From Candidatus Binatia bacterium (GTDB taxonomy: Bacteria; Desulfobacterota; Binatia; UBA9968; CAXXLF01): DNA of 64,000 nucleotides. The notes under the pieces are model-generated. The model saw only the letters and a list, made by a program, of their open reading frames with translations, was not told where the DNA came from and did no database searches. The stretch is from contig CAXXLF010000001.1 of the NCBI GenBank assembly GCA_963664015.2, positions 1 to 64,000 of the forward strand, written 5' to 3'. How positions within the stretch are numbered: position 1 is the first letter of the stretch; each line of letters starts with the position of its first letter. This document shows, one piece after another, positions 40,155 to 50,707 of the stretch. The position numbers and the translations under genes were made by a program.

Positions 40155-40442
40155 TCACAGCCCCATTTTATTGAGAACGTCTTTGCTGCTGCGACCCGCT
40201 GGTCCCTCGCCCGATAGATAAAGCATCACCCCACCTCGGGAAGGTCTCGTTTCAATCACGACATCAGTAGCCAGCTGGGTCGTCCACTTAATGGGATCCT
40301 CGCTGAAGTAGTCACGAAAGGCCTGGTTGAACCCCGAGTAGACTGAGTGGATCCCCTTGTCGGGATCTTTCCTCAGGGTCACTATGGCCCGTTTAACAAA
40401 CTCGGCTTGAGTAAGCTGTTCCTCCTGAGGTTTTTCCGCCAT
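40155..40442 (-). CDS. Conserved hypothetical protein downstream of frdD
   Basis: AAGGAGG RBS; EFVKRAIVTLR, GIHSVYSGFNQAFRDYF, RP.RGGVMLY. Confidence 0.7.
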   Translation of the reverse strand: MAEKPQEEQLTQAEFVKRAIVTLRKDPDKGIHSVYSGFNQAFRDYFSEDPIKWTTQLATDVVIETRPSRGGVMLYLSGEGPAGRSSKDVLNKMGL

Positions 40443-40464
40443 TGGAATCCTCCTTGTTGCAGGA

Positions 40465-40800
40465 TCACAGTCCCAATAGAATCCACGCGGTGACGAAGGT
40501 GCCCAGCACTGCGCTCCCATAACACAAGAATGCAAGGGGTTTCTCAACAACCTTCAGCCCCATGTCCTTGAGAGTGAAGTAAAAACGGTGCGCCCAATGA
40601 TAAAGGGGAAGGGTGATTAGCACGAAGAGGTAGCACTTAACCCACCAAAGGTCATACAGCCGACTGGAATCTGTAAGCCAACCCATCGGAACCGCAAGAC
40701 CGGTGATTATGATATGGATGGGAATCAAAAAAGACGCCACGACGCCCCCCGCGGAAAAAAGACCCCACCAAAAAGGTTCGTTCGTAGTACGCTCACTCAT
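40465..40800 (-). CDS. frdD: Fumarate reductase subunit D
   Basis: EPFWWGLFSAGG, LPLYHWAHR, CYG.A. Confidence 0.9.
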   Translation of the reverse strand: MSERTTNEPFWWGLFSAGGVVASFLIPIHIIITGLAVPMGWLTDSSRLYDLWWVKCYLFVLITLPLYHWAHRFYFTLKDMGLKVVEKPLAFLCYGSAVLGTFVTAWILLGL

Positions 40801-40827
40801 TGTTCCGTCCCAATTTGCCCAATTTGC

Positions 40828-41235
40828 TCAATTTACGATAAAAAACCATAGGATAATTATCGATGCTACAATCCATGCCCCCAGATGCACCGCCATCACC
40901 AGGCTGCGCGGCACTATCATTTTGCCCACTTTAAGCTCCAAGACCACAGCGCTCGATTGGAACCAGGTTATGGTATGGAGCAGGGCGAAGAGTAAAGCCA
41001 CGAGATGAAAGATCACCCAGCCTGGAGAGCTAAACCTCTCCATGAAGGCGGCGTAGGATTCCTGCCCGCTACCCGATTGATAAATCTGGACGAGAAATAT
41101 AACCAGGAACGAAGCGATAAAAACGCTGGATAGCTCGCGCATCATAAAAAGAAAATAATGGCGCTGCCTTAACCACCACGTGGCAGGCATCTTTGGATAG
41201 TAGAGCTTAGAGGCGTCAGGTCTAATATTGGTCAT
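40828..41235 (-). CDS. frdC: Fumarate reductase subunit C
   Basis: YYPKMPATWW, FMMRELSS, LLHTITWF. Confidence 0.9.
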   Translation of the reverse strand: MTNIRPDASKLYYPKMPATWWLRQRHYFLFMMRELSSVFIASFLVIFLVQIYQSGSGQESYAAFMERFSSPGWVIFHLVALLFALLHTITWFQSSAVVLELKVGKMIVPRSLVMAVHLGAWIVASIIILWFFIVN

Positions 41236-41304
41236 TCTTTGATCCTCTCCCCTCGATCTTCCCCCGGCGAGAGCCTCTGGGTCGAACGATCGAGGTCGAA
41301 TGGG

Positions 41305-42054
41305 TCATTTCTGTCCCCACGGGAGAAGCACTGATTTGAACCAGTTCGTTGCGCTATTAACCTTAGACCGCTGGATAGCAGCCGCTGGATCCACATGTTT
41401 GGGACAAACCTCACTGCATTCGCCGACGAAGGTGCAGTGCCATACTCCGTCCTCACCACCTATGACCGATTCCCGCTCCTTGTTACCCTCATCCCTTGAA
41501 TCCATATTGTAGCGGTACCCAAGCGCAATGGCTGCAGGTCCTACAAACGTGGGTTCCAAACCGTAGACGGGGCAGGCCGCATAACACAGCATACAGTTGA
41601 TGCATTGGGTGAATTGCTTATAGGCGCCGAGCTGTTCCGGGGTCTGCAGATATTCCCCCTCGGATACGGGCTTTTCCGAATCACGAATAATCCAGGGCTT
41701 TACGCTCTGCAATTTGTCCATGAAATCGCTCATATCGATCACGAGATCGCGGATAACCGGGAAGTGGGCCAGGGGTTCCACCTGGATCTCTCCTGGATAA
41801 TAATCGCGCAAGAACGCCGCGCAGGTCAGCTTTGGCTCATTGTTGACCATCATCCCGCAGCTGCCGCACACGCCCATCCGGCAGGACCAGCGGTAGCTAA
41901 GGGTACCGTCCATTTGGTCCTTGATGTAATTCAGCGCGTCCAGCACTACCCAATCACTGCGATAGGGGATGGTATAGCTCTGCAAGGTCGGGGCCGGATC
42001 CTTTCCGGGCCGGAAGCGCGTGACTTTTAGCGTTAGGGTCTGCTCGCTCATCAA
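41305..42054 (-). CDS. frdB: Fumarate reductase iron-sulfur subunit
   Basis: [36 protein letters not shown]. Confidence 0.95.
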   Translation of the reverse strand: MMSEQTLTLKVTRFRPGKDPAPTLQSYTIPYRSDWVVLDALNYIKDQMDGTLSYRWSCRMGVCGSCGMMVNNEPKLTCAAFLRDYYPGEIQVEPLAHFPVIRDLVIDMSDFMDKLQSVKPWIIRDSEKPVSEGEYLQTPEQLGAYKQFTQCINCMLCYAACPVYGLEPTFVGPAAIALGYRYNMDSRDEGNKERESVIGGEDGVWHCTFVGECSEVCPKHVDPAAAIQRSKVNSATNWFKSVLLPWGQK

Positions 42055-42074
42055 AACTCCTTTTCGACTATGGA

Positions 42075-43820
42075 CTAGTACTTACGTTCCTCCGGCTTCC
42101 ACCGAGTGATGGTTACCGGCAAATAATCGATCCTCGGTGCCTCATCCGTCCGATAGGCCATCGAGTGTTTGAGATATTCCTCATCCATCCGATTGGGATA
42201 ATCTGATCTCGTGTGCGAGCCTCGGGACTCCTTGCGGTTGAGGGCGCTATGGGCCACGGCATGGGCGATATCCAGCATGAAGTCGAGTTCCAGGGCGCTC
42301 ATCAGTTCCGTATTGAACACCCCCTTGGAGTCCTCAACCTTGATATTGGCAAAACGCCCCCGCAACTCGTTGAGCTTGTTACAGGTCTTCTGCATCGACA
42401 CATCTTCGCGATAGATCCCAATCCCTTCCTCCATGGACATCTGCATCTCCCCCCGGATATCCGCAATGCGCTCCTTACCGTTCTTCTTGTTGAAGAACTG
42501 TTCGTCGATACGCTTCGCCTCATCTTTGGTAAGAGCTTCAAGGGGACTCGCCGAGGGAGCGGGCTGGTTCGTGATATATTCAACGGCCGCCCGCCCAGAC
42601 CGCGCCCCGAAGACGAGGCATTCGGTCAACGAATTGGAGCCCAATCGGTTGGCGCCATTTATGGAAACGCAGGCTGTTTCTCCCGCAGCGTATAGACCTT
42701 CGACGGGAGTCTTGCCCGTGACATCGGTGTGAATTCCGCCCATCATGTAGTGGATCACCGGACGAACCGGTATGGGCTCGTAGACCGGATCGATACCCAC
42801 ATACTTGCTGGCCAACTCTCGGACAAAGGGAATTTTCTCATTGATCTTTTTTTCACCCAGGTGCCGCAGGTCCAAGTGTACATAGTGGCCGTTGGGGCCC
42901 TCGAAGGTCCGTCCCTTTTGAAGCTCCTGCATGTGGCAGCGGGAGAGAATGTCCCGCGGTCCCAGCTCCATTTTTTTGTGCGTTGGTTCATCTGTGGGAG
43001 GGCCCAACCCATAATCCTGGAGATAGCGGTAACCGTCTTTGTTTTTGAGCCAGCCTCCCTCACCCCGTGACGCCTCGGTTATCAGGATACCGGTCCCGGG
43101 AAGTCCTGTGGGATGATATTGCACAAACTCCATATCTTTCAGGGGAACCCCAGCCCGGTAGGCCAACGCCATACCATCGCCGGTTTTGATGGCCGCATTG
43201 GTCGTGAAGGGAAAAACTCGTCCCGCACCACCCGTGCATAAAATAACTGCCTTCGCCGATATCCCCTCGAGCTCACCCGAGTAAAGGTTCAGTGCGGTTA
43301 CGCCACGAACCTTGCCATCGTCTGTTAACAGAGAGGTTAAGAAGAACTCGTCGTAACGCACGATATTGTCGTACTTAAGCGAGGTCTGAAACAGGGCGTG
43401 GAGCATGTGGAACCCGGTTTTGTCGGCCGCATACACGGTTCGATCGACACTCATACCGCCAAAGGACCGCACACTGACATGCCCATCAGGGTCACGGCTC
43501 CAGGGACATCCCCAGTGTTCTAACTGTATCAGTTCGCCGGGCGCTTCATTGACAAAGGTTTCAACAACGTCCTGATCGGCCAAAAAGTCGGCCCCGAAGA
43601 TGGTGTCTTTGCAATGGAGATCGTGGCTGTCGTTTGGACGCAATACCCCGGCGGATCCACCTTCAGCCGAAACCGTGTGGCTGCGCATGGGATAGACCTT
43701 GGAGACAACAGCAATGGACAGTTGCTTGGACTGCTCTGCGGCAGCAATGGCAGCTCTCAACCCGGCTGCACCGCCCCCAACAACGATAATGTCATGGTTA
43801 AACATAGATGATAATTCCAA
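42075..43820 (-). CDS. frdA: Fumarate reductase flavoprotein subunit
   Basis: [16 protein letters not shown] (covalent FAD His), [22 protein letters not shown]; alternative start at 43805. Confidence 0.95.
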   Translation of the reverse strand: MELSSMFNHDIIVVGGGAAGLRAAIAAAEQSKQLSIAVVSKVYPMRSHTVSAEGGSAGVLRPNDSHDLHCKDTIFGADFLADQDVVETFVNEAPGELIQLEHWGCPWSRDPDGHVSVRSFGGMSVDRTVYAADKTGFHMLHALFQTSLKYDNIVRYDEFFLTSLLTDDGKVRGVTALNLYSGELEGISAKAVILCTGGAGRVFPFTTNAAIKTGDGMALAYRAGVPLKDMEFVQYHPTGLPGTGILITEASRGEGGWLKNKDGYRYLQDYGLGPPTDEPTHKKMELGPRDILSRCHMQELQKGRTFEGPNGHYVHLDLRHLGEKKINEKIPFVRELASKYVGIDPVYEPIPVRPVIHYMMGGIHTDVTGKTPVEGLYAAGETACVSINGANRLGSNSLTECLVFGARSGRAAVEYITNQPAPSASPLEALTKDEAKRIDEQFFNKKNGKERIADIRGEMQMSMEEGIGIYREDVSMQKTCNKLNELRGRFANIKVEDSKGVFNTELMSALELDFMLDIAHAVAHSALNRKESRGSHTRSDYPNRMDEEYLKHSMAYRTDEAPRIDYLPVTITRWKPEERKY

Positions 43821-44068
43821 AAACTATAGTCTGACCGAAAGCTTTAGAGGACGAGCTATTTTGCTACCGGAGGCTGGAAAATGTCTGCCGGCTTTAGAGA
43901 TGCCTTCTCCCCTTAGGAATTTATTCCGTAAAATTTAGCAGAAATCATTAGGTAATGCACGCGCTTTTTAGTTCCCATCGCTATCCCCGGTGTCCGTCCG
44001 ATTAGCATTTCGTAAGGAGCCTTTCAGGGGCCGACTGGCAAGTCGGAGTCTTCTGTGTTAGCAGAAAC

Positions 44069-44764
44069 TTGGAACTACTGGCAATGGCCTCATTGGCAAA
44101 TCTCAAACAAACCGTCATCTTCTGCGAACGATGTCCCAGGTTGGTTCGCTGGCGACAAGAGGCAGCTCAAAACCCGCCGCACCGCTACCGCGGAATAAGC
44201 TACTGGGCAAAGCCTTTGTCCGGATTTGGCGACCCCAAAGCCCGTGTATTGATCGTGGGACTGGCTCCTGCAGCCCATGGCGGGAACCGGACAGGGCGAA
44301 TGTTCACCGGGGACAGGAGTGGGGACTGGCTATTTGGAGCGCTGCACACCGCCGGCTTTGCCAATCAACCTACCTCGCTCCACAGCCGTGATGGCCTTAA
44401 GCTCGACGACTGTTACATTACTGCAGCCGTTCGCTGCGCCCCCCCCTTGAACAAACCGAGCAGGGATGAATTCGAAAACTGCAGGCCCTATCTAGAACAA
44501 GAGCTGCACTTGCTGAAACGGGTTCGCGTGGTGATTGCACTTGGAGGCATCGCCTTCGATTCCTTTCTGAAGGCATACCTTAACACCGGTGGACAGGTTC
44601 CGCGGCCGCGGCCCCGCTTCCGTCATGGGGCCTCGGTCTCATTGGAGGCGCACTTGAACCTTATAGCCTCGTACCACCCAAGCCAACAGAACACCTTCAC
44701 CGGAAAACTCACCCACGAGATGTTTAACGGAATCTTTAAGCGTACAAGAGCCCTTCTTGTCTAA
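44069..44764 (+). CDS. Uracil-DNA glycosylase family 5 (UdgB-like)
   Basis: CERCPRL, GLAPAAHGGNRTGRMFTGD, RCAPP.NKP, YHPSQQNT. Confidence 0.92.
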   Translation: MELLAMASLANLKQTVIFCERCPRLVRWRQEAAQNPPHRYRGISYWAKPLSGFGDPKARVLIVGLAPAAHGGNRTGRMFTGDRSGDWLFGALHTAGFANQPTSLHSRDGLKLDDCYITAAVRCAPPLNKPSRDEFENCRPYLEQELHLLKRVRVVIALGGIAFDSFLKAYLNTGGQVPRPRPRFRHGASVSLEAHLNLIASYHPSQQNTFTGKLTHEMFNGIFKRTRALLV

Positions 44765-44829
44765 AAAACCGGCTAGCCTAAAACCAGCTATTCATAGACA
44801 AGCCGGTACGACACGACCATCCATATGGA

Positions 44830-46007
44830 TTACTTTGCAATCGGACTCGGACGTAACTGGAATTGAACAACCAGGGGCTTGTTTCCTTTACCCCCCTCCG
44901 TATGCCATGGTGCTCGATCGCCGCTGGTCGTCCAAAGACCGCGCCCCTTCCAACCGGCGTTAGGATCGTCAATGCGCCCATCGAAGCCTTTGGCAAAAAA
45001 GCCCATCGGGTAAGGTACACGTAGCACGATCATCTTGCTGTCCTTGAGGGCGATTAGGCCATCGTTGAGGTTGCCCGTCGCCATTGGCACGTCCTTGCCT
45101 AAACCAAAGGTGTTGTGCTGATCCACCCATGCGTAATAGCTCGATTCGGCACTGTTTTCGCCTAACCCTTTAAACCTCGGACCTGGAAACTGATGAAAGG
45201 ACCAGCCTTCGGTGCAGTGATTCCCCGTGGCCTTGGGACCGTTGAGCGGGCCCTTGCATTTTCGCCGGTCGAAGCTACAGAGATGACCGCTGGCAAGTGA
45301 CACCCATATAACTCCCTCCGAGTCGATGTCCGCACCCCGCACCCCGAAACCGGGCATGGGTCTGACCATATTATTACCGGCCTGGCCGGACTGCACCCTT
45401 CTTATCCCGGCGTGTTCTGAGGATTTGAATTCTCCGAGGGATTTGGGAATCGTCCGCGTGGCCAGATTGCCCATTTGATGGCACCCAACGCAGCCATTGC
45501 TTTTCATCGTATTGAGCCATTCCTCTTGAGTCACTTTAGCGGGGATTTCACTCTTGCCACCGAACTGGTCCTTCCCGGGGATCTTGAGCATCGAATACCA
45601 GTAGATAGCGGGATAGTCCTGGGCGGCCGCTCCCCCATTGGGTGCGGGGACTCCCTTGAGATTGACCACGCCACCAGGTTCAGCCTTCACCTTCACTGAG
45701 TCGATGAGCCCATAGCCCCGCACCCAGAGCCGATAGGTTGCTTTCGGCAGGTCGGGAGCACGTCGCGGCCCAGTTCATCGGTAACAACGATCTTGGCATA
45801 ACGTGTTTAGAAACTGTCGGTTTCGGCAATGACCCAGACGCCGGCCTCGGGTCCATTGGGTCCGGCAACGATTCCACCAATGTCATCACCGTCAATTTCA
45901 ATAGATTGAGCTACAGGCTGCGCCTTCCACAACGCTACCAGGCCGGTTATTAATGCCGCTATCAAAGCCATTCTCAATAAATGGGAGTGATCGCCTGTTC
46001 GATGTAT
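44830..46007 (-). pseudogene. Secreted carboxypeptidase-regulatory-like / heme-c / beta-propeller protein, decayed
   Basis: GPEAGVWVIAET..*TRYAKIVVTD (TAA at 45807-45809), frameshift near 45755, WVRGYGL, CVGCH, abrupt junction NNMVR|PMPGFG; ATA in place of ATG after AGGAG. Confidence 0.7.
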
Positions 46008-46291
46008 TAACTTCTCCTATGGATTGGGTTGCCAATCCCCCCCCCCCATTCCGCGGGAGATGATCGGTGGTTCAAAAAAGATTCCTTTCATAAGGCACCC
46101 CAAAATTGGTTGGGACAAACTGCTTAGGTCCAAGTTAATCCACGCCACTGATTAGACGGAATGCAGTTCCTTTCGAGTTCCGCTACAAGCGCTTCTCTGA
46201 GGGTTAAGCAGTATTGCCGAAACCCGGGCGATTGTGGCATTATATAGAGTTCCTTGTCGATCTAGCTACATTAGAGGATAAGCCAGTGCCG

Positions 46292-47368
46292 ATGGTTAAT
46301 TTTTACGATCTAACCCTTGAACAACTAAGGGAAAACCTGACAGGGTTTGGCAAAGAGGGGTTCCGTGCCAAGCAACTCTACCAATGGGTCTACAAAAAAG
46401 ATGTGACCGAGTTCGACCAGATGTCGAACCTGTCCAAGTCCTTTCGACTGGAGCTTCCAAAACTCTTTTACTTCGCCCTCCCGAAAGTCGTAGATAAGCG
46501 TGAAAGCAACGATGGCACCATCAAGTTTCTACTGAATGTGGACGATGGGAAATCCATCGAGTCGGTGCTGATCCCAGCCGATGACCGCCTGACACTTTGC
46601 GTATCGTCAGAGGTAGGCTGCAACCTGGGCTGCAAGTTTTGTTTTACCGGCAAGAGAAATCTTGAAAAACGTTTGTCAGCAGGTCATATCGTCGGTCAGT
46701 TCCTCCAGGCAAGACGCATCTTGCCGACCGACAAACGCATCACCAACGTTGTGTTTATGGGAATGGGCGAGCCGCTGGATAGTCCAGAAGCCGTGTTTTC
46801 ATCGATCAAAATACTCTCTGAAGGCATCGGTATCAATTTTTCCAGAAAGAGAATCACCGTTTCAACATCAGGCCTTGTGCCCCTGATACCCTTGGTAACC
46901 GAATCCGGGGTACGGCTCGCCGTGAGCTTGAACGGTTCCAATGACCAAGTGCGTTCCAGCATCATGCCGATCAACAAGAAGTATCCGTTACAAGACCTGC
47001 TCGATGCCTGCCGGCGGCACGTCCGGGACTCGCGAGACCGGGTCACCTTCGAGTACGTTCTCCTCAAAGGGGTGACCGACTCATTGGAACAGGCACGGGA
47101 GCTCTTTCGGCTGACTCGTTCGGTATCGAACAACATAAACTTAATACCATTCAACGAACATCCCGATGCCGATTACACTCGTCCGAGTCAACAGGCCGTG
47201 CTTCGTTTCCAAAACGAGCTTATTCGCCTGGGAGCCCATGCGATGATCAGGAAAACTATGGGACGGGAGATCTACGCCGCCTGCGGTCAGCTAACTTCCA
47301 AATTCGATGAGCACCCTGGCCAGATGAATCGCGAACAGTTCGAAAAATTCCGGTACAGCATCGCTTAG
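46292..47368 (+). CDS. rlmN: 23S rRNA m2A2503 methyltransferase RlmN
   Basis: CVSSEVGCNLGCKFC, MGMGEP, TFEYVL, AACGQL. Confidence 0.93.
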   Translation: MVNFYDLTLEQLRENLTGFGKEGFRAKQLYQWVYKKDVTEFDQMSNLSKSFRLELPKLFYFALPKVVDKRESNDGTIKFLLNVDDGKSIESVLIPADDRLTLCVSSEVGCNLGCKFCFTGKRNLEKRLSAGHIVGQFLQARRILPTDKRITNVVFMGMGEPLDSPEAVFSSIKILSEGIGINFSRKRITVSTSGLVPLIPLVTESGVRLAVSLNGSNDQVRSSIMPINKKYPLQDLLDACRRHVRDSRDRVTFEYVLLKGVTDSLEQARELFRLTRSVSNNINLIPFNEHPDADYTRPSQQAVLRFQNELIRLGAHAMIRKTMGREIYAACGQLTSKFDEHPGQMNREQFEKFRYSIA

Positions 47369-47487
47369 AAATCCAGGACACGGTGGAGTGAGCAAAAGGA
47401 AGGAAAGGTAGAGGGAGAGACCCCAATCTCAGGGCTGTCCATTGTTCCGATGTCCAATGCTCGATTGCTCCAGGCCGCGAGGCGCCC

Positions 47488-48273
47488 TTAGGGTAGCCTG
47501 CTCAACCAGGAAGCATCTTTGAACCAACGGTTTTTAAGCGCCTCGATCCCTCCGCCTCTTTCGAAGGTACGCAGGAAGTTCTCGAGCCAGTTGACCATAA
47601 GAGGGTCGCCGGCGAGAATAGTAATCACCAAGGGTTAGTAGGTCACAGGAGTTACCAGCGAGACCAAACCACGGTTTGGATAACGGAATACGGATACGAT
47701 AGTGATAGGATAGTCGGCAATCAGCGCTTCGACCTTGTCGTCCAGAACCATTTTTACCCCATCGTCGTAACTCTTGACGGTAAACAGGTTGGCCCTGGGG
47801 AGAAAGTCCTTCACGAAGCGTTCACTGGTAGAATTTTCCAGACCTGCCAACGAAGTGTCCGAGCGGTTCAGTTTGTTAGCATCCGTGGCCAACTTGATGG
47901 TGGCCTTTTTGCTCAGGACCGATTTTCCGGAAATAAAGTAAGGGCCGACAAACGCAAACTTCAAATTCCACTCCGGAGTGATCGTCATACCCGAGATCAC
48001 CATGTCCACCGTTCCATCCTCCAGTGCCGGCAAGAGTTCACTGAAGGGCATGGGCGCGAGCTTGAGCGATACTCCCAGAGCCCCAGCAATGAGCCGGGCC
48101 AGATCGATCTCGTAGCCGATAATCTTGCCATCCTTGGTCGTCATGTTAAGAGGCGGCATGTTCGCTGCGGCACCGACAATCAAGTCCCCTTTCTCGGCGA
48201 CGCGCTGGATGGTAGTGGTCACGCAGGCGGACAGGCCCGCCGCAAACACAACCATCAGAACGAAAACTTTCAC
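47488..48273 (-). pseudogene. Amino-acid ABC substrate-binding lipoprotein (SBP_bac_3) with a premature stop
   Basis: LSAC lipobox, GYEIDLA, ISGMTIT; TAA at 47635-47637, then in-frame PLVITILAGDPLMVNWLENFL...RWFKDASWL. Confidence 0.8.
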
Positions 48274-48435
48274 CTTGTTCCTTGTATCCCTTTCGTAAAG
48301 TATCCCACCTTTATTTTAATCCAGGTCGTCGCCCGGTGGGCGAATGCGCAACTTTCTACCAAGAGGCGCAAAAGATCAAGTCTGATGCAAGTCGTTTAAG
48401 TTTTTACCCTCGAGCGTGCTATCAGAAAAACCACC

Positions 48436-50672
48436 ATGGCCATGGGAGAATCCCAACCCTTTGAGGATGTTGTTTGCGAGCTCGAGAAACGAGTGGAAGG
48501 GGAGGTTCGCTTCGACCGTTACTCGCGCCTTCTCTACGCCGCCGACGCCTCCAGATATGAGATTGAACCCATTGGAGTCGTGGTGCCGCGCCATAGAGAG
48601 GACGTTCAAGCCGTCATCGAGGTATCCAATCGGTTCGGTCTCCCTGTTTTACCTCGAGGCGGTGGAACGTTTCTCGCCGGGCAGACCGTTGGCCGGGCCA
48701 TCGTCCTGGATTTTTCCAAACATATGAACCGGGTCCTTAAGATCGACGGGGACGGCATGTGGTGCCGAGTTCAGCCCGGGCTGGTTCAGGACGATCTCAA
48801 CGCCCAGATTAAATCATTGGGAGTCCTCTTTGGACCGGACACTTCTACCTCCAACCGTGCCACCATCGGCGGCATGATCGGCAACAATTCAGCGGGTATC
48901 CATTCCATCGCTTACGGTAAGACCGTGGACCACGTCCTGTAACTCACCATATTGCTGGCCGACGGCACAGAACTGGTTTTGAAGGACCTGTCACCGGAAG
49001 AACTGTCCCGCGAGTGCCAGAGCCATGGCGCCGAAGGTAATATATACAAGGAGTTGACCGCCATCGTGAGACAATCCTTGCACGCTATCCCAAGATCCTG
49101 CGTCGTGTTTCCGGCTACAACCTGGACGAGTTGGTCAAGCTGCAGCCTTTCAATCTATCGCGGTTGTTGGTCGGCTCCGAGGGGACCCTGGCATGCGTTG
49201 TGGAAGCGAAGCTGAAGCTCGTGCACGCGCCCCCCGGGGCGTCGAGACCATGGCCGCAATCGCCAACGAGATCTCCGACCTGGTCCTCAAGTGTGAGGGG
49301 TCCCTATCAGGCGAGCATGGGGATGGCCTGGCACGCAGCCATTTCAATGAAAAGTTCTTTGGAACTGAACTCTATCAGTGTTTCCGCAGTGTCAAATCAG
49401 TCTTTGATCCCAAGGGTCTGATGAATCCGGGAAAAATTGTAGAAGCCCCCCCCCCATGACCGAGTCGTTCCGAATGGGACCGTCCTACAAAGCCTGGGAA
49501 CCGGAAACCGTCTTGGACTTCAGCGCCCAAGGAGGATTTGCCGTAGCTGTCGAAATGTGCAACGGAACCGGGGCGTGCCGCAAAAAACTTTCAGGGAGCA
49601 TGTGCCCCTCCTACATGGCGACCCTGGACGAGGAACACTCGACCCGGGGCCGAGCCCATGCCCTTCGCGCAGTCCTCTCGGGGAAAGTCCCCAATGAGGA
49701 TTATACAGGCAAGGGGCTCTACCGAATCCTCGACCTCTGCCTGGAGTGCAAGGCGTGCAAAGTCGAATGTCCGTCCAACGTGGACATGGCCAAACTCAAA
49801 TACGAGTTCCTGTCGTCTTATCACAAGGTCCATAGCATGCCCTTGGGCCATCGGCTCTTCGCCAGAATCGACCGGCTCCGTCCCTTGCCGATGTTTGCCA
49901 CAAAGTCTTTCGAGAACTGGTTCCATGGGCGTTCGGCTACCGGGAGCGGATCCAGAGGAGAGGTCATCCTCTTCCACGACACATTCAACACCTACAATAC
50001 GCCTGCGATAGCCATGGACGCTACGCGCCTTCTCGAAAGTGCCGGGTATCGAGTGATCCTTGCCCAGCGACAGTGCTGTGGGCGGCCATTGATCTCCAAA
50101 GGGTTGCTGGTCGAGGCACGTTCGGCGGCCGCTCAGAATGTAGAGTGGCTTTCGGCCCATGCGAAAAAGGTAACCCCCATCTTGGGATTGGAGCCTTCCT
50201 GCCTGTTCACCCTACGGGATGAATATCCCGATCTCCGGCGCAGCGAAGAAGCTCGCCTGATGGCAGGGGATTGCTTCCTGGTGAAAGACTTTCTCTTGCA
50301 GGAACGGGAAAGGGGCCGATTGGAGCTGGAGTTTACCCCTATTCACGGTCCCGTGCTGCTCCATGGCCACTGTCACCAGAAGGCCTTAACCGGGACCGAC
50401 TCCACCGTTGCTTCACTGCGCTGGGCTGGTTATGCTGTGCGGACTTGGACGCTGGTTGCTGCGGCATGGCCGGGGCTTTTGGATTTGAGAGGGAACACTT
50501 CGACCTGTCCCTGGCCATCGGTAACCAACGGTTGGCACCGGCTATCCGGGATGCCGGGCCCGCAGTGGAGGTCGTGGCCAACGATATTTCGTGCCGGCAA
50601 CAGATTCAACACCGCACGGGCCGGCAGGCGAGTCATCCGGTGGAGCTTCTATGGAGGAGTCTTTCCCCATGA
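48436..50672 (+). pseudogene. FAD-linked oxidase / Fe-S fusion (GlcD-GlcF / YdiJ-like), multiply disrupted
   Basis: PRGGGT, ATIGGMIGNN, GSEGTL, SGEHGDG, CNGTGAC, CLECKAC, CCG; TAA at 48940-48942; several frameshifts and missing segments. Confidence 0.88.
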
Positions 50673-50707
50673 ATCGATTAGAACACGTTAGATAGAGTTG
50701 AGGAGCT

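Noticed and set aside
24457-48942. Genome-wide reassignment of TAA to Glu or Gln
   Set aside because: TAA terminates many intact genes at their expected ends, and most of the interrupted genes carry other lesions.
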